Part shown: piece after piece, positions 50,363-59,896 of the stretch | Position numbering within the stretch: position 1 is the stretch's first letter | How the letters are laid out: each line of letters begins with the position of its first letter | DNA from: Thermodesulfobacteriota bacterium | GTDB lineage: Bacteria > Desulfobacterota > Desulfarculia > JACQYL01 | Direction of reading: 5' to 3' | Assembly: GCA_963675595.2 (NCBI GenBank) | Contig: CAXXLZ010000002.1 | Location: 4,512,001-4,576,000 of the forward strand | Length of the DNA: 64,000 nucleotides | Translations under genes and position numbers: made by a program | The notes under the pieces: model-generated | The model's database searches: none | What the model saw: the letters and a program-made list of their open reading frames with translations, nothing else | Told to the model about the DNA's origin: nothing

Positions 50363-51554
50363 CTTGGTCCTTTTGGCTTCGTGTAATTCGATAGGTTCGG
50401 AATCCCAGGATGATTCCGGTGACGCAGGCGATTCCAAGCACGCAGGCCACGGTCAGGTGGATGCGGGTGAGCCATACCGCAGCGACATGGAACTGCGGGA
50501 TCGTCGTTTCAACCCCGGCGTCGTAGGTTGCACCGAAGATGGAGATGACCACGGCGAGAAGCGACAAAGCCGTTGCCGGGGTTCCGTGGGCGATCCCCAA
50601 GCCTGCGGCTTCACGGAAGTGATGAGGGTCCAGGTGAAGCCGTTGAGCGAAACGGAGGGCCGGAGGGCCGGCGGGCCGTCCGAAGAAGCAGACCCGAAGG
50701 AACGCTCCCAGGCCCGAGGCAACGGCGCGATCCACCGGTGGAGCGGCGGTCGACGAAGTTTCGATGGGTTCGGAGGGTTTGCGTGACGGGAACCGACGAA
50801 GCGCCGCCAGGACGGTTCGGCTGAAGTTGAACCAGGAGAATCGGACGTTGTCGCCAATGGGACGGAAACTCGACCGTTCACCGGAGGGGCCGTAGATGGT
50901 GCGAATCGGGATTTCCACTACGGGGATTCCGTTCCAAAGGGCTTGCACCAGGGTTTCGACCTCGAACTCATATCGTTTCAGACGCGTATTCAGACCGAGG
51001 ACGGCCTCCACCGGCAGCCCTCGATACCCACACTGGCAGTCGCGTATGTCACGCCCGGTTTGTCTCCTCATCCAGAAGGCGCTCACGTCCCTACCCACCC
51101 GGCTCCGCCGAGGGACCGAGGGCAATGTGAAGTCCCGATAGCCGCAGACCAGGCACCGGGGATGGGCCCGCACGGCCCGCACGAACCCGGGCAGGTCTTG
51201 GGGATCATGCTGGCCGTCCGCGTCGAGGGTAATCACGTGGGTCAGGCCGTGCCGACGAGCTTCCGACAGGCCGCTGCGAATCGCTTCTCCTTTCCCTCGG
51301 TTGGCTTCGTGGCGAACCAGGATTACCGGCTCCCGCTCCAGGACCCACGCCGTGGAGTCCGTACTTCCGTCATCCACCACGATCACTCGGGAAACGTGAC
51401 GCAGGCACTCCCGAATGACGCTTCCTACGGTGGACGCATTGTTGAATACGGGGATCAGCGCCCCGATGACGACTGTTGGGTCCATGAGAGAGGGCACGGC
51501 TCGACGTAACCTCGGCCGGTAATCCGAGGATGGATCATGTGGTAGTTTGGACAA
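50343..51554 (-). CDS. GT2 glycosyltransferase with a hydrophobic C-terminal extension
   Basis: IPVFNN, VDDGSTD, NRGKG, DADGQH and DCQCGYR; alternative start at 51485. Confidence 0.9.
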   Translation of the reverse strand: MSKLPHDPSSDYRPRLRRAVPSLMDPTVVIGALIPVFNNASTVGSVIRECLRHVSRVIVVDDGSTDSTAWVLEREPVILVRHEANRGKGEAIRSGLSEARRHGLTHVITLDADGQHDPQDLPGFVRAVRAHPRCLVCGYRDFTLPSVPRRSRVGRDVSAFWMRRQTGRDIRDCQCGYRGLPVEAVLGLNTRLKRYEFEVETLVQALWNGIPVVEIPIRTIYGPSGERSSFRPIGDNVRFSWFNFSRTVLAALRRFPSRKPSEPIETSSTAAPPVDRAVASGLGAFLRVCFFGRPAGPPALRFAQRLHLDPHHFREAAGLGIAHGTPATALSLLAVVISIFGATYDAGVETTIPQFHVAAVWLTRIHLTVACVLGIACVTGIILGFRTYRITRSQKDQGERDTN

Positions 51555-51782
51555 ACGCCGGATTGAAGAATCCGAACTTACACGGGCGAGTCTTCCGGGT
51601 CAAGATGCCCGAGCGGCGTTTTCCAAATCACCGCGTCCGGGCAACGGGGCGAAGAGCGTTACCGTTGACGTTCGAAGCGCCGCAATGCTAAATGCAATGC
51701 TGCACGTCGGACGTGACCGTTGCTTGGGAATTCAAAATGTCGGGGGGCTTCGGGGATAGACGCTCTCCGTTGGGAAAGGCGG

Positions 51783-52235
51783 ATGAGCGGCAAAGGTGCG
51801 CTGATTTTGGGATCGGATATTGAACGGTACCTTCCTCACCGGGAACCCGTGTTGATGGTTCAGGAGATTCTGGAGGAAACCGACGACGGCCTGACGGCGT
51901 CGGCCCTTTTGGGAAAAGACTTCCCTTTTCAGGACGCCCAAGGGTTCGTGTACGATTCGGTTTGGTGCGAACTGGCCGCCCAAGCGTCTGCCGTGTTCCT
52001 GAAACGAAGGAGCGAAGACCCGGATGAAATGGGTCTGTTGACCGGAATCAACGACTTCCGGATTCACCGTGCGACGGCATTGCCCGCGGAAGTTTCGGTA
52101 CGCATTGCCTTTTCCCGACGAATTGGACAAGTATTCGTTTTTTGGGGAGAAGTCCGTCTTGCCGGCGGCATACCGGTGGCCGAGGGAGAACTGGTTTTTT
52201 TTGTACAGCCTTCCGAAGAGAGTCCGAAAGACTGA
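51783..52235 (+). CDS. Hot-dog fold 3-hydroxyacyl-ACP dehydratase (ApeP/FabZ-like)
   Basis: YLPHREPVLMV and ELAAQA motifs. Confidence 0.8.
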   Translation: MSGKGALILGSDIERYLPHREPVLMVQEILEETDDGLTASALLGKDFPFQDAQGFVYDSVWCELAAQASAVFLKRRSEDPDEMGLLTGINDFRIHRATALPAEVSVRIAFSRRIGQVFVFWGEVRLAGGIPVAEGELVFFVQPSEESPKD

Positions 52236-52236
52236 T

Positions 52237-52617
52237 ATGGACGATCGTTCGGCAATCGATAAGAGGCCCTTCCTGGATCGCCTGGAGAATCAGGGCCTTT
52301 CATTGGAGGACCGTTCGCTCAAAACGCGCCGGCTGCTTCCCTTTGATTTGCCCGTGTTCGCGGGCCACTTTCCCGGTCGCCCCCTATTACCCGGATTTCT
52401 CGAGGTGTGGATGGCCGTTGAGGGGGCTTCCCTTCTCGCCGGGCGCCCCTTGGGTGTCCAAAGTTTGGACAAAGTGCGTTTCCATCAGCCGCTTCTTCCG
52501 GGGGACCTTGTGGACATGACGGTACGTTGGGATCCCGATCGTTTTCAGGCTTCCGCGGTCCTCACAAAGGATGGGGCCAAAGCGGCCGTGTTGCGCATGA
52601 CCTTGGTTCCCCGATGA
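52237..52617 (+). CDS. Hot-dog fold dehydratase (ApeI/FabA-Z-like)
   Basis: FAGHFPGRPLLPG and VRFHQPLLPGD motifs. Confidence 0.85.
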   Translation: MDDRSAIDKRPFLDRLENQGLSLEDRSLKTRRLLPFDLPVFAGHFPGRPLLPGFLEVWMAVEGASLLAGRPLGVQSLDKVRFHQPLLPGDLVDMTVRWDPDRFQASAVLTKDGAKAAVLRMTLVPR

Positions 52618-53594
52618 TGGTGAAACACCGGAAAGCGTTTCGGACCTGGACGCGGGCTCGGGGCAACGTGATCGGATACCGGCTGGTCCTCCTGCTTTGT
52701 CGCTTGTTCGGCTTTGGGGCGGCCGGGATGATCGTGGCGACGGGCACCCTGTTTTACGCATTGTTCGCGCGTGACGCGCGTGAGGGGTCGCTGGATTATC
52801 TCCGGCGCGTGGGTCCGGCGGGCCGAGGACCGGTGAGGGACTTTCTCCTGGTATGGAAGCATTTCAGGAGCTTCGGGAAAGTGATCCTGGACCGTTTGCG
52901 GCTATATGAGGAAGGTCCCGAAGCGTTCGAAATCCGGGGAAGGCTTGGCGAGGACCTCATTCGGCTGCGAGATCTGGGAAAGGGATGCATCATCGCGGGG
53001 GCCCACGTGGGGGCTTTTGAATTGGCCTCGGCTCTATTCGAGCCCCTGGGCGTGACCATGGTCATTGTCATGCTGAACCGGGAAAAGGAGACGGTTCGGA
53101 AATTCATAGAAGGGAAACGTCGAGGCAAAGGCATTCGAATTCTGTGGGTAGGGGAGGAAGACGAACTCGGTACGGCTCTGGCGGTTTATCGGCTGCTCAG
53201 ACAAGGTTGTTTCGTGGCCATGAGCGTGGACCGGTACCTTTCCGATGCCAACGCGAGCGAGGTGGAATTTCTGGGGAGCCCGGCTCGCTTTAATTTAGGG
53301 GTTTTCATGGCTGCGGGCATGGCCGGGGCGCCGATTTTCTCCTCATTCCTTATTCAAAGCGGAGAGGCATACCGTTTTCTGAGTTTTCCCATACTGTGGG
53401 TTCACGGGCGCAACCGGCGTGAAATGGAGGAAGCGGCCAAGAGTGCGTTGTGCGAGTACGTGAAATACCTGGAGAAAGTGGTGGAATGCCGCCCGTTCCA
53501 ATGGTATAATTTTTACTTATTCTGGAAAAAGGAGCAGCTTCAGCCTCACGATGGGAACCGCGCTCGTCACCGGGGCTTCGGGCGGCATTGGTAG
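52614..53594 (+). CDS. LpxL-family lipid acyltransferase (resembles the ApeJ C-terminal half)
   Basis: HF.SFG..ILDR, AHVGAFE (HX4E), DR and PFQWYNFY motifs. Confidence 0.85.
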   Translation: MMVKHRKAFRTWTRARGNVIGYRLVLLLCRLFGFGAAGMIVATGTLFYALFARDAREGSLDYLRRVGPAGRGPVRDFLLVWKHFRSFGKVILDRLRLYEEGPEAFEIRGRLGEDLIRLRDLGKGCIIAGAHVGAFELASALFEPLGVTMVIVMLNREKETVRKFIEGKRRGKGIRILWVGEEDELGTALAVYRLLRQGCFVAMSVDRYLSDANASEVEFLGSPARFNLGVFMAAGMAGAPIFSSFLIQSGEAYRFLSFPILWVHGRNRREMEEAAKSALCEYVKYLEKVVECRPFQWYNFYLFWKKEQLQPHDGNRARHRGFGRHW

Positions 53595-54273
53595 CGCCGT
53601 TGCGACAGTCCTTGCCCGCCGGGGTCATACCGTTCTCCTGCACTATCATCGGGATGTCCAAGGCGTTGAAGCCCTGGCCCGGCGCATAGCCGCCGAGGGG
53701 GGCCGAACGGAGATTCTGCGGTTCGATGTCTCGGATCGTGAGGCTGTGGACAAGGCCGTTTCCGATTGGACTTCCCAAGGCGGCTCCATCGACATTTTGG
53801 TGAACAACGCAGGCATCGCGAAAGACAGCCTCTTCTATTGGATGACTCACGAGGACTGGGACGCCGTGATCCGGACGAATCTGACCGGCGTATACAATGT
53901 GACCCGTTCCGTGGTGCCGGTCATGGTGAAGCAGCCTTCCGGAGTCATCGTCAATATTTCATCCATTTCCGCCTTGAGCGGAAACGTGGGCCAAACCAAC
54001 TATTCGGCAGCCAAGGCGGGCCTGATCGGATTCACCAAGTCGCTGGCGCAGGAACTCGCGCGGCGCAATATTCGGGTGAACGCCGTGGCTCCGGGCATCA
54101 TCAAGACGGAAATGGTTCGGGACCTTCCCAAAGATTTCCTGAAGAGGATTCCCGTGAGGAGAATGGGCACACCCGAAGAGGTGGCCGGAGTCGTAGCCTT
54201 TCTTTGTTCCGAAGAGGCCTCCTATATTATCGGAGAAACGATCAACGTGAACGGCGGATTCTATTGCCAATAG
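53551..54273 (+). CDS. fabG: 3-oxoacyl-ACP reductase (FabG/ApeQ-like SDR)
   Basis: TGASGGIG, NNAGI, GQTNYSAAKAG and NAVAPG. Confidence 0.92.
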   Translation: MGTALVTGASGGIGSAVATVLARRGHTVLLHYHRDVQGVEALARRIAAEGGRTEILRFDVSDREAVDKAVSDWTSQGGSIDILVNNAGIAKDSLFYWMTHEDWDAVIRTNLTGVYNVTRSVVPVMVKQPSGVIVNISSISALSGNVGQTNYSAAKAGLIGFTKSLAQELARRNIRVNAVAPGIIKTEMVRDLPKDFLKRIPVRRMGTPEEVAGVVAFLCSEEASYIIGETINVNGGFYCQ

Positions 54274-54283
54274 GATGAGCTGA

Positions 54284-54538
54284 ATGAAACCGGAAGAGCT
54301 CAAGCAGATCGTCGACCGGATGCTGATTGAAGAATTCGAGATTGAACCCGAGGAAATCCGAAGCGACGCCCTGCTGAAGGACGACTTGGACCTGGACTCT
54401 CTGGATGCCGTGGACATGATCGTCTATTTCGAGAAGAAGTACGGGATCAAGATTGAACCCGAATCGGCCCAGCAAATAAGAACCGTGGGTGATATCTACG
54501 AATTCATGCAGGAAATGATGGACAAACACTCTTCCTGA
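54284..54538 (+). CDS. Acyl carrier protein
   Basis: 84 aa, acidic; DLDLDSLDAVD phosphopantetheine site. Confidence 0.94.
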   Translation: MKPEELKQIVDRMLIEEFEIEPEEIRSDALLKDDLDLDSLDAVDMIVYFEKKYGIKIEPESAQQIRTVGDIYEFMQEMMDKHSS

Positions 54539-54567
54539 AAGTTTGATTCCCGGAGGTCGCAAAGACC

Positions 54568-55179
54568 TTGCCCGCCGCCATTCGTTCCGTTTTTTTGATC
54601 GCGCTGCCGTTCTTGTTTTATTTTCTGGCGCGGACTTTCGGGGTCCGCACGGCGGCTCTGGTACTGCTTCTTGGAGCTGTGGGAAACCTGATTCTTCAGG
54701 CCGCCAAAGACCGCACCCTTCTGACATACGCTCTGACGACCGCTCTGTTGGTTGTGGCTCTAAACCTTCTCGGGCTGTTCCTGGAACGGGAGATTTACGT
54801 CCGTTTGATTCCCCTTGCACTCGGTTCCAACTTCTTTTTTCTCTTTTTCCGTTCCCAGTTCCGGGACCTCACCTTGGTGGAGCGCATGGCCGGACTCCGG
54901 AAGGATTTGAGCGCGGAAGAGCGGGCTTACTGCCGGAGGCTGAATTTGGTTTGGTGCTGTGTCATCGCCGCCGTCCTCGCCCTGGTCGTCTGGGCCGCGT
55001 TTTTCGCCTCACTTCAAACCTGGGCCATGGTGACCGGCGGATGGACCTACGTTATCATGGGGATCGTATTTGCGGTGGAATATCCGGTGCGGAAATGGAA
55101 GTTCGACGATTATGGTCCGGGTCTCCTGGATCGGGTATTGAAAAGAATTCTGATTCCTCTGAAACACCGATTGGGCTGA
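54568..55179 (+). CDS. COG4648/ApeG-like membrane protein
   Basis: Multi-TM with LVERMA, YCRRLNLVW, W....G...Y and FAVEY..R, the pattern seen in ape/xanthomonadin clusters. Confidence 0.8.
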   Translation: MPAAIRSVFLIALPFLFYFLARTFGVRTAALVLLLGAVGNLILQAAKDRTLLTYALTTALLVVALNLLGLFLEREIYVRLIPLALGSNFFFLFFRSQFRDLTLVERMAGLRKDLSAEERAYCRRLNLVWCCVIAAVLALVVWAAFFASLQTWAMVTGGWTYVIMGIVFAVEYPVRKWKFDDYGPGLLDRVLKRILIPLKHRLG

Positions 55180-55236
55180 AAACCGACCGGCGCGACGCGC
55201 AATCGGGTACGTACGGGGAAACTAGGATCGGGCTTC

Positions 55237-55704
55237 ATGAACTTGAGACAGCTCAAAAAGAAGATCATGCTGTGTCGTTGCTCCAAATCGGTGCGGCTCA
55301 CCGTGCCTTTCAACGATGTGGATATGATGGGCGTGGTTTGGTTCGGCAACTATTATCGCTATTTCGAAGCGGCCCGATCGGCTCTCTGCCGAGAACTGAA
55401 ACTGGATTTCGAAGATATGAGCGAGGCGGGATATGAGCTTCCCGTGGTTCGTTCCGAATGCAACTACCGCAAGCCCGCTCGATACAATGAGGAAATCGAG
55501 ACCGAAATCTTTCTGGTGCCGCCCGACCGTGCGATGATCGGGTTTCTTTACGTAGTGCGCAAAGGGGATGAAGTGCTGGCCTTCGGCACGACCGAGCACT
55601 TGGTGTGCCGCAATGGAGAACCTTTGCTGGTCTGGGACGAGCAGGTGAAGCGGAGGCTTCCGCCGGAGCTGTTCCCGGCTTCCCGGCCCAAGGAACGTGG
55701 ATGA
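55237..55704 (+). CDS. 4HBT-family acyl-CoA thioesterase (ApeK-like)
   Basis: VPFNDVDMMGVVWFGNYYRYFE.AR motif. Confidence 0.9.
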   Translation: MNLRQLKKKIMLCRCSKSVRLTVPFNDVDMMGVVWFGNYYRYFEAARSALCRELKLDFEDMSEAGYELPVVRSECNYRKPARYNEEIETEIFLVPPDRAMIGFLYVVRKGDEVLAFGTTEHLVCRNGEPLLVWDEQVKRRLPPELFPASRPKERG

Positions 55705-55834
55705 TCGTCCATGGTCCCTGGAATCGTCGGCACCCGTAGGTTGCGATGGGCATCACCGACTGGTCGCAATAATTCGAAAGGTGCTGAAAGTGCGCGGCCG
55801 TCAAGGATCGCGTTTATCGAAGGAAGAATAGCAT

Positions 55835-56476
55835 ATGAATCGGCTCATTCGTACCATGTCGTCTGTTTTGGGATCCGGAAACATTTCGCGATTCCTGATT
55901 GCTTTGTTGCCGACGATCATCCTTTGCGGTCCGGTTCCGTGCCTGGGAGCGGAGGGCAAGGACCTGGTGCGATGGTACAAAGAGAAGAACCGTGGATTGG
56001 TCGCGGTGAAAGCGGACGTCAAGCAGGTGCGGCGGTTGCCCTTTCTTGAGAAATCCCTGGTATCCGAGGGAAGCATGTCCCTGGACGGAGAACGACTGAT
56101 TTGGCGGATGGAGCGTCCCGAAAAGACGGTCTATGACGTGGAGGGACAATCGCTGACCATACGGTACGAGGATCTGGGTACGGAAAAGACCGTGGATCTA
56201 AGACAAGAGCCCGTTATGTGGGCCGTATTCCGTAATTTGAGGGACATCTTGTCCGGACGCTTGGAGACGCTCCTGCCTTTCTTCTCGCTTACTCAGAAAC
56301 CCGATAAGAAGCTCCTGGTGCTGACACCCAGGCATGAAAGTCTCGTGCCCCTGAAGACCATTCGGATTTTGTTGGGCGGCGAGGCGGTGCTTCGTGCCGT
56401 TCGTTTCGACGGCCTGGAGGAGGACTGGACCGAAATCCAATTCTCCAATGTGCACCGAACCTTCCGAAAACCGTGA
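55835..56476 (+). CDS. LolA-like carrier protein (ApeL-like)
   Basis: N-terminal hydrophobic signal; Q....L......SEG, LIWRMERP, LTP and D.TEIQF pattern. Confidence 0.8.
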   Translation: MNRLIRTMSSVLGSGNISRFLIALLPTIILCGPVPCLGAEGKDLVRWYKEKNRGLVAVKADVKQVRRLPFLEKSLVSEGSMSLDGERLIWRMERPEKTVYDVEGQSLTIRYEDLGTEKTVDLRQEPVMWAVFRNLRDILSGRLETLLPFFSLTQKPDKKLLVLTPRHESLVPLKTIRILLGGEAVLRAVRFDGLEEDWTEIQFSNVHRTFRKP

Positions 56477-56482
56477 GGTTCC

Positions 56483-58804
56483 ATGCGGCTCGGCCCCCGA
56501 TCCGGAGCCCTCTTGCTTCTCGTGTTGTTCTCCTTGGGCTCGATGGGGATTTGGGCTCTGGCCCCGAGACGTTTCACGACCGACCTCCTGGAGCTGTTCC
56601 CTCCCCAGTCCGCCTTCATACGGGATTCGCGGGTTCTGGCCTCCTTCGAACCCGTGGGTAAGGTGCTACTGGACGTCTACGCCAAACTACCCGTGCCTCC
56701 CGAGCGTCTGGCGACATTTCAGGACCGGGTCGTCCAACGGCTTGAAGGGGTACCGGAGATCCGACGGCTCGACTATTCTTCGAGAGATGAGAGATACGTC
56801 GATCTGGTACGCTTCTACATGGAACACCGGGAAGTATTGGTGGATATGGTCCGCGATCCGTTGATGTTTTTCGACCGGGACATGGAGAACCTGCGGGACT
56901 TGATGGAGGAGTGGAAAAGAAGATTGGCCGGGCCCGCCGGGTTTGAGGCGGTCTATGCTTTTCGCCGGGATCCCTTAGACCTTTTCCCCAATGTGCGCGA
57001 ATTTTTTGACCGGCTCCGCCCCGATGGATTTACATTTGTGGACTTTCACGGGAGGTTCTTGTCCGAGGACGGCCGTCATTTGCTCTGTTTCGTGGTTCCT
57101 TCGGTCGCAATGCTGGATCTGGACGGGGCCGACAGGTTGTTTGAGCGGCTCGAACGGGCCGTTTCGCAGGTGGAAGCATTGCCGGACTCGGAGGGAATCG
57201 CCGGCAGATTCGTGGGCCAGGTGAACTACGTGGTGGAAAACGCTCGACGTACCCGCTCGCAAGTCACTTGGGTCATGGTGCTCTCACTGGCCGGATTGTG
57301 CCTGATTTACGTGGGCTTTCTGAAGAGCATGAAACTGCTGCTGTTGACGGGGCTCTGCGTCGGTTTATCGCTGTGGCCCGCCCTGGGCCTGACCAGCCTT
57401 GTTTTCCGCGAAGTGCACCTAATCGGTGTTGCTTTCGGCACGGTCATCGCGGGCATCGCCGTGGATTATGCGATCCACTATTACGTTCATGCGGCATCGC
57501 CCACGGACCGACACGCCTTTCGGAGGCGTCGTCGGGCGGTGTTTCTCGGCATGGCGACCACATGCCTGGGTTTCGTGCTTCTCATGGCCGGCTCCTTTCC
57601 CCTGATTGAGCAGATGGCCTTTTTGGCTTTCATGGCGATCTTGTTCGCCTATGTACTGATTCTTGCCGTATTTCGGTGGGTATTTCCCTTGAAGTTCAGC
57701 GAGGACGCGACGGAGGAAGACGAAACCACGGAGTATGGCGGCAAGGGAGCGCGTCCGCTGCTATACGGCGCTGCGGTGTTGCTTCCGCTGCTCGTGCTCG
57801 GGGTGTCGGCCTCCCGTTTCGACACAAACCTTAAGAACCTGGATTTTCCGCACCCGGAACTGGAACGGGTCGAACGGGAAATACGGGAGGCTTACGGTTT
57901 GAACAGACAACCCGGGGTGCTTCTGTTGGAGGGAGAATCGCTGGAAGATGTGCTCGATTTGTCTCAACGGCTGGATGAGGCTCTGGGTGAGGAAAACGAC
58001 GCTTTGTTGCCGTCCCGGCTGCAACCCCCTCTTCCCGTCCAGAAAGAGCGCCGACACCGTATCTCCATGGTGGATTGGACGGCCTTGGAGGCTCGGACGG
58101 AAGCCGTTGGATCACTGGAAGGGTTTACCCGAGGGGCTTTCAGCCCCTTCTTCGAGGAAATGAAACGCAAAGCTCGTACTTTTGAAGCCGTGATTCCGGA
58201 GGCCAACCCGTTCCTGGATATTCATCGCCTGCTCGTAGAGTTTGATTCGCGAAATTACGGTCTTGGATTGATCGGACCGGCGAGCGAAAAACGAGCGGAG
58301 GATTGGGTCCGGGCGAATGCACCGGACCGGGCTGGGTTCTTCGACCCTGCGACCGGGTTCGCCAAGGAACTATCCGCTCTCAAGTCTCGGTTCGCCTTTC
58401 TGCTTTTCCTGGACGTTCTGGTTGTCTTCGGGCTTTTGGCCCGGGCGTTTCGTTCTCCGGTCCGAGCCGCTTCGGCGGTGATGCCGGCCTTGGGAGGCGT
58501 GGCCGCAGCGCTGCTTTTTTTCGCCGGAACCGGGACGGCTTTAAATCTGTTTCATTTGATCAGCTTGGTGGTGGTGGTTTCCGCCGGTGTTGATTATGGA
58601 ATTTTCGCAGTGGAGTCGGGGCCTCACTTCAAGGCCGCCCGCAAGGGGATCCTTGCGGCATCCGCCACGACCCTCTTCACTTTCGGCGTGTTCGCGTTGT
58701 TTTCGAATCCGGCGCTCAAATCCATAGGATTGACCGTGCTCACCGGGATCGGAACATCCGTAGTTGTGTCTCTATGCATGGGTAAACGAGAGAGAAGCGC
58801 ATGA
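56483..58804 (+). CDS. MMPL/RND-family exporter (ApeM-like)
   Basis: TDLLELFP; two TM bundles with GIAVDYAIH and GVDYGIF; large periplasmic loops. Confidence 0.88.
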   Translation: MRLGPRSGALLLLVLFSLGSMGIWALAPRRFTTDLLELFPPQSAFIRDSRVLASFEPVGKVLLDVYAKLPVPPERLATFQDRVVQRLEGVPEIRRLDYSSRDERYVDLVRFYMEHREVLVDMVRDPLMFFDRDMENLRDLMEEWKRRLAGPAGFEAVYAFRRDPLDLFPNVREFFDRLRPDGFTFVDFHGRFLSEDGRHLLCFVVPSVAMLDLDGADRLFERLERAVSQVEALPDSEGIAGRFVGQVNYVVENARRTRSQVTWVMVLSLAGLCLIYVGFLKSMKLLLLTGLCVGLSLWPALGLTSLVFREVHLIGVAFGTVIAGIAVDYAIHYYVHAASPTDRHAFRRRRRAVFLGMATTCLGFVLLMAGSFPLIEQMAFLAFMAILFAYVLILAVFRWVFPLKFSEDATEEDETTEYGGKGARPLLYGAAVLLPLLVLGVSASRFDTNLKNLDFPHPELERVEREIREAYGLNRQPGVLLLEGESLEDVLDLSQRLDEALGEENDALLPSRLQPPLPVQKERRHRISMVDWTALEARTEAVGSLEGFTRGAFSPFFEEMKRKARTFEAVIPEANPFLDIHRLLVEFDSRNYGLGLIGPASEKRAEDWVRANAPDRAGFFDPATGFAKELSALKSRFAFLLFLDVLVVFGLLARAFRSPVRAASAVMPALGGVAAALLFFAGTGTALNLFHLISLVVVVSAGVDYGIFAVESGPHFKAARKGILAASATTLFTFGVFALFSNPALKSIGLTVLTGIGTSVVVSLCMGKRERSA

Positions 58805-59451
58805 GATTCAAGTTTTCAGGAAGGTACGCTGCGACCGTGTTGGGGATCCATCTCCTGACTCTTGCGGGCTGCGCCCTTCCCGTTGGGGAGGCTTCCAGGC
58901 CCGTGGTCTACGAATCCGTTCGAATTCAGCTTCTTTCGTTGACCGTGGGAGAAGAAACACGGGTGATGCGGGCGGTGCTCCTGACCGGCCGTTCGGGTTT
59001 CTCCCTGATGCTTTCGGGGGAGTTCGATCTACCTCTGCTTGAATTGACCGTGGACAGGGACGGGTTACGCGTCGAAAGGGCCATGCAGGGAATTCCGGAT
59101 GGTTTGGCGCACTTGGCGGCACGGGACATTTATCTGTCCTACTTTGCCGGCGGATTACCCGAAAAGGGAAATTTCACTTTCACCCAAGGGTCGAAACGGA
59201 CTATGAGGATTTCCGTGGATCCCTCCGGAATCGAGAAGCGGATCACCTTTTCCAACGGTGAATCCCTGCTTATCCGAATGGAGCGAAAAGGCGACGAATA
59301 CCCTGTGGTTCGCCTCGACCACGACGAGCCCTCCTACCACCTCAGCATTCTGACCTTGAAAGAATTTCCCTATATCCCTACATTGGGGAGAAATACTGAA
59401 GTGGAATCCATTTTTCAGCAGGAGGAAAATAATGAAAGTGAAACACATTGA
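58801..59451 (+). CDS. Lipoprotein, DUF3261/ApeN-like
   Basis: LAGC lipobox; follows the MMPL gene as in ape clusters. Confidence 0.7.
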   Translation: MRFKFSGRYAATVLGIHLLTLAGCALPVGEASRPVVYESVRIQLLSLTVGEETRVMRAVLLTGRSGFSLMLSGEFDLPLLELTVDRDGLRVERAMQGIPDGLAHLAARDIYLSYFAGGLPEKGNFTFTQGSKRTMRISVDPSGIEKRITFSNGESLLIRMERKGDEYPVVRLDHDEPSYHLSILTLKEFPYIPTLGRNTEVESIFQQEENNESETH

Positions 59452-59836
59452 TCACATCGGGATCGCTGTAAAAGATTTTGGGGTTGCAAGGAAGTTCTAC
59501 GAAGAGCATCTTGGTTTGAAGCTCACCGAGCTGGAAACCGTAGAGGATCAGAAGGTTACGGTGGCTTTTTTCCCCATCACCGACAGTGAACTCGAACTGC
59601 TGGAATCCACCGCGCCCGACGGACCGGTGGCCAAGTATATCGATAAGAAGGGTGAAGGCATTCAGCACATCGCTTTTCGCGTGGAAAATCTTGATGAGGC
59701 TTTGGCCGAGCTCAAGGCCAAAGGAGTCAAGCTGATCGACGAAACGCCCAGGGACGGAGCCGGCGGGGCACGCATTGCGTTTATCCATCCCAAGGAGTCC
59801 AACGGTGTGTTGGTGGAACTCTGCGAACGTGACTAA
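59432..59836 (+). CDS. mce: Methylmalonyl-CoA epimerase
   Basis: IDHIGIAV, ELLE, GEGIQHIA and FIHPKESNGVLVEL; GGAGG RBS. Confidence 0.93.
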   Translation: MKVKHIDHIGIAVKDFGVARKFYEEHLGLKLTELETVEDQKVTVAFFPITDSELELLESTAPDGPVAKYIDKKGEGIQHIAFRVENLDEALAELKAKGVKLIDETPRDGAGGARIAFIHPKESNGVLVELCERD

Positions 59837-59896
59837 GGGTTGATTTCAGAACTTCTGCTTGCTTTGGGGGAGCTTGGCTGAGCTCCCCTGCCGGTC

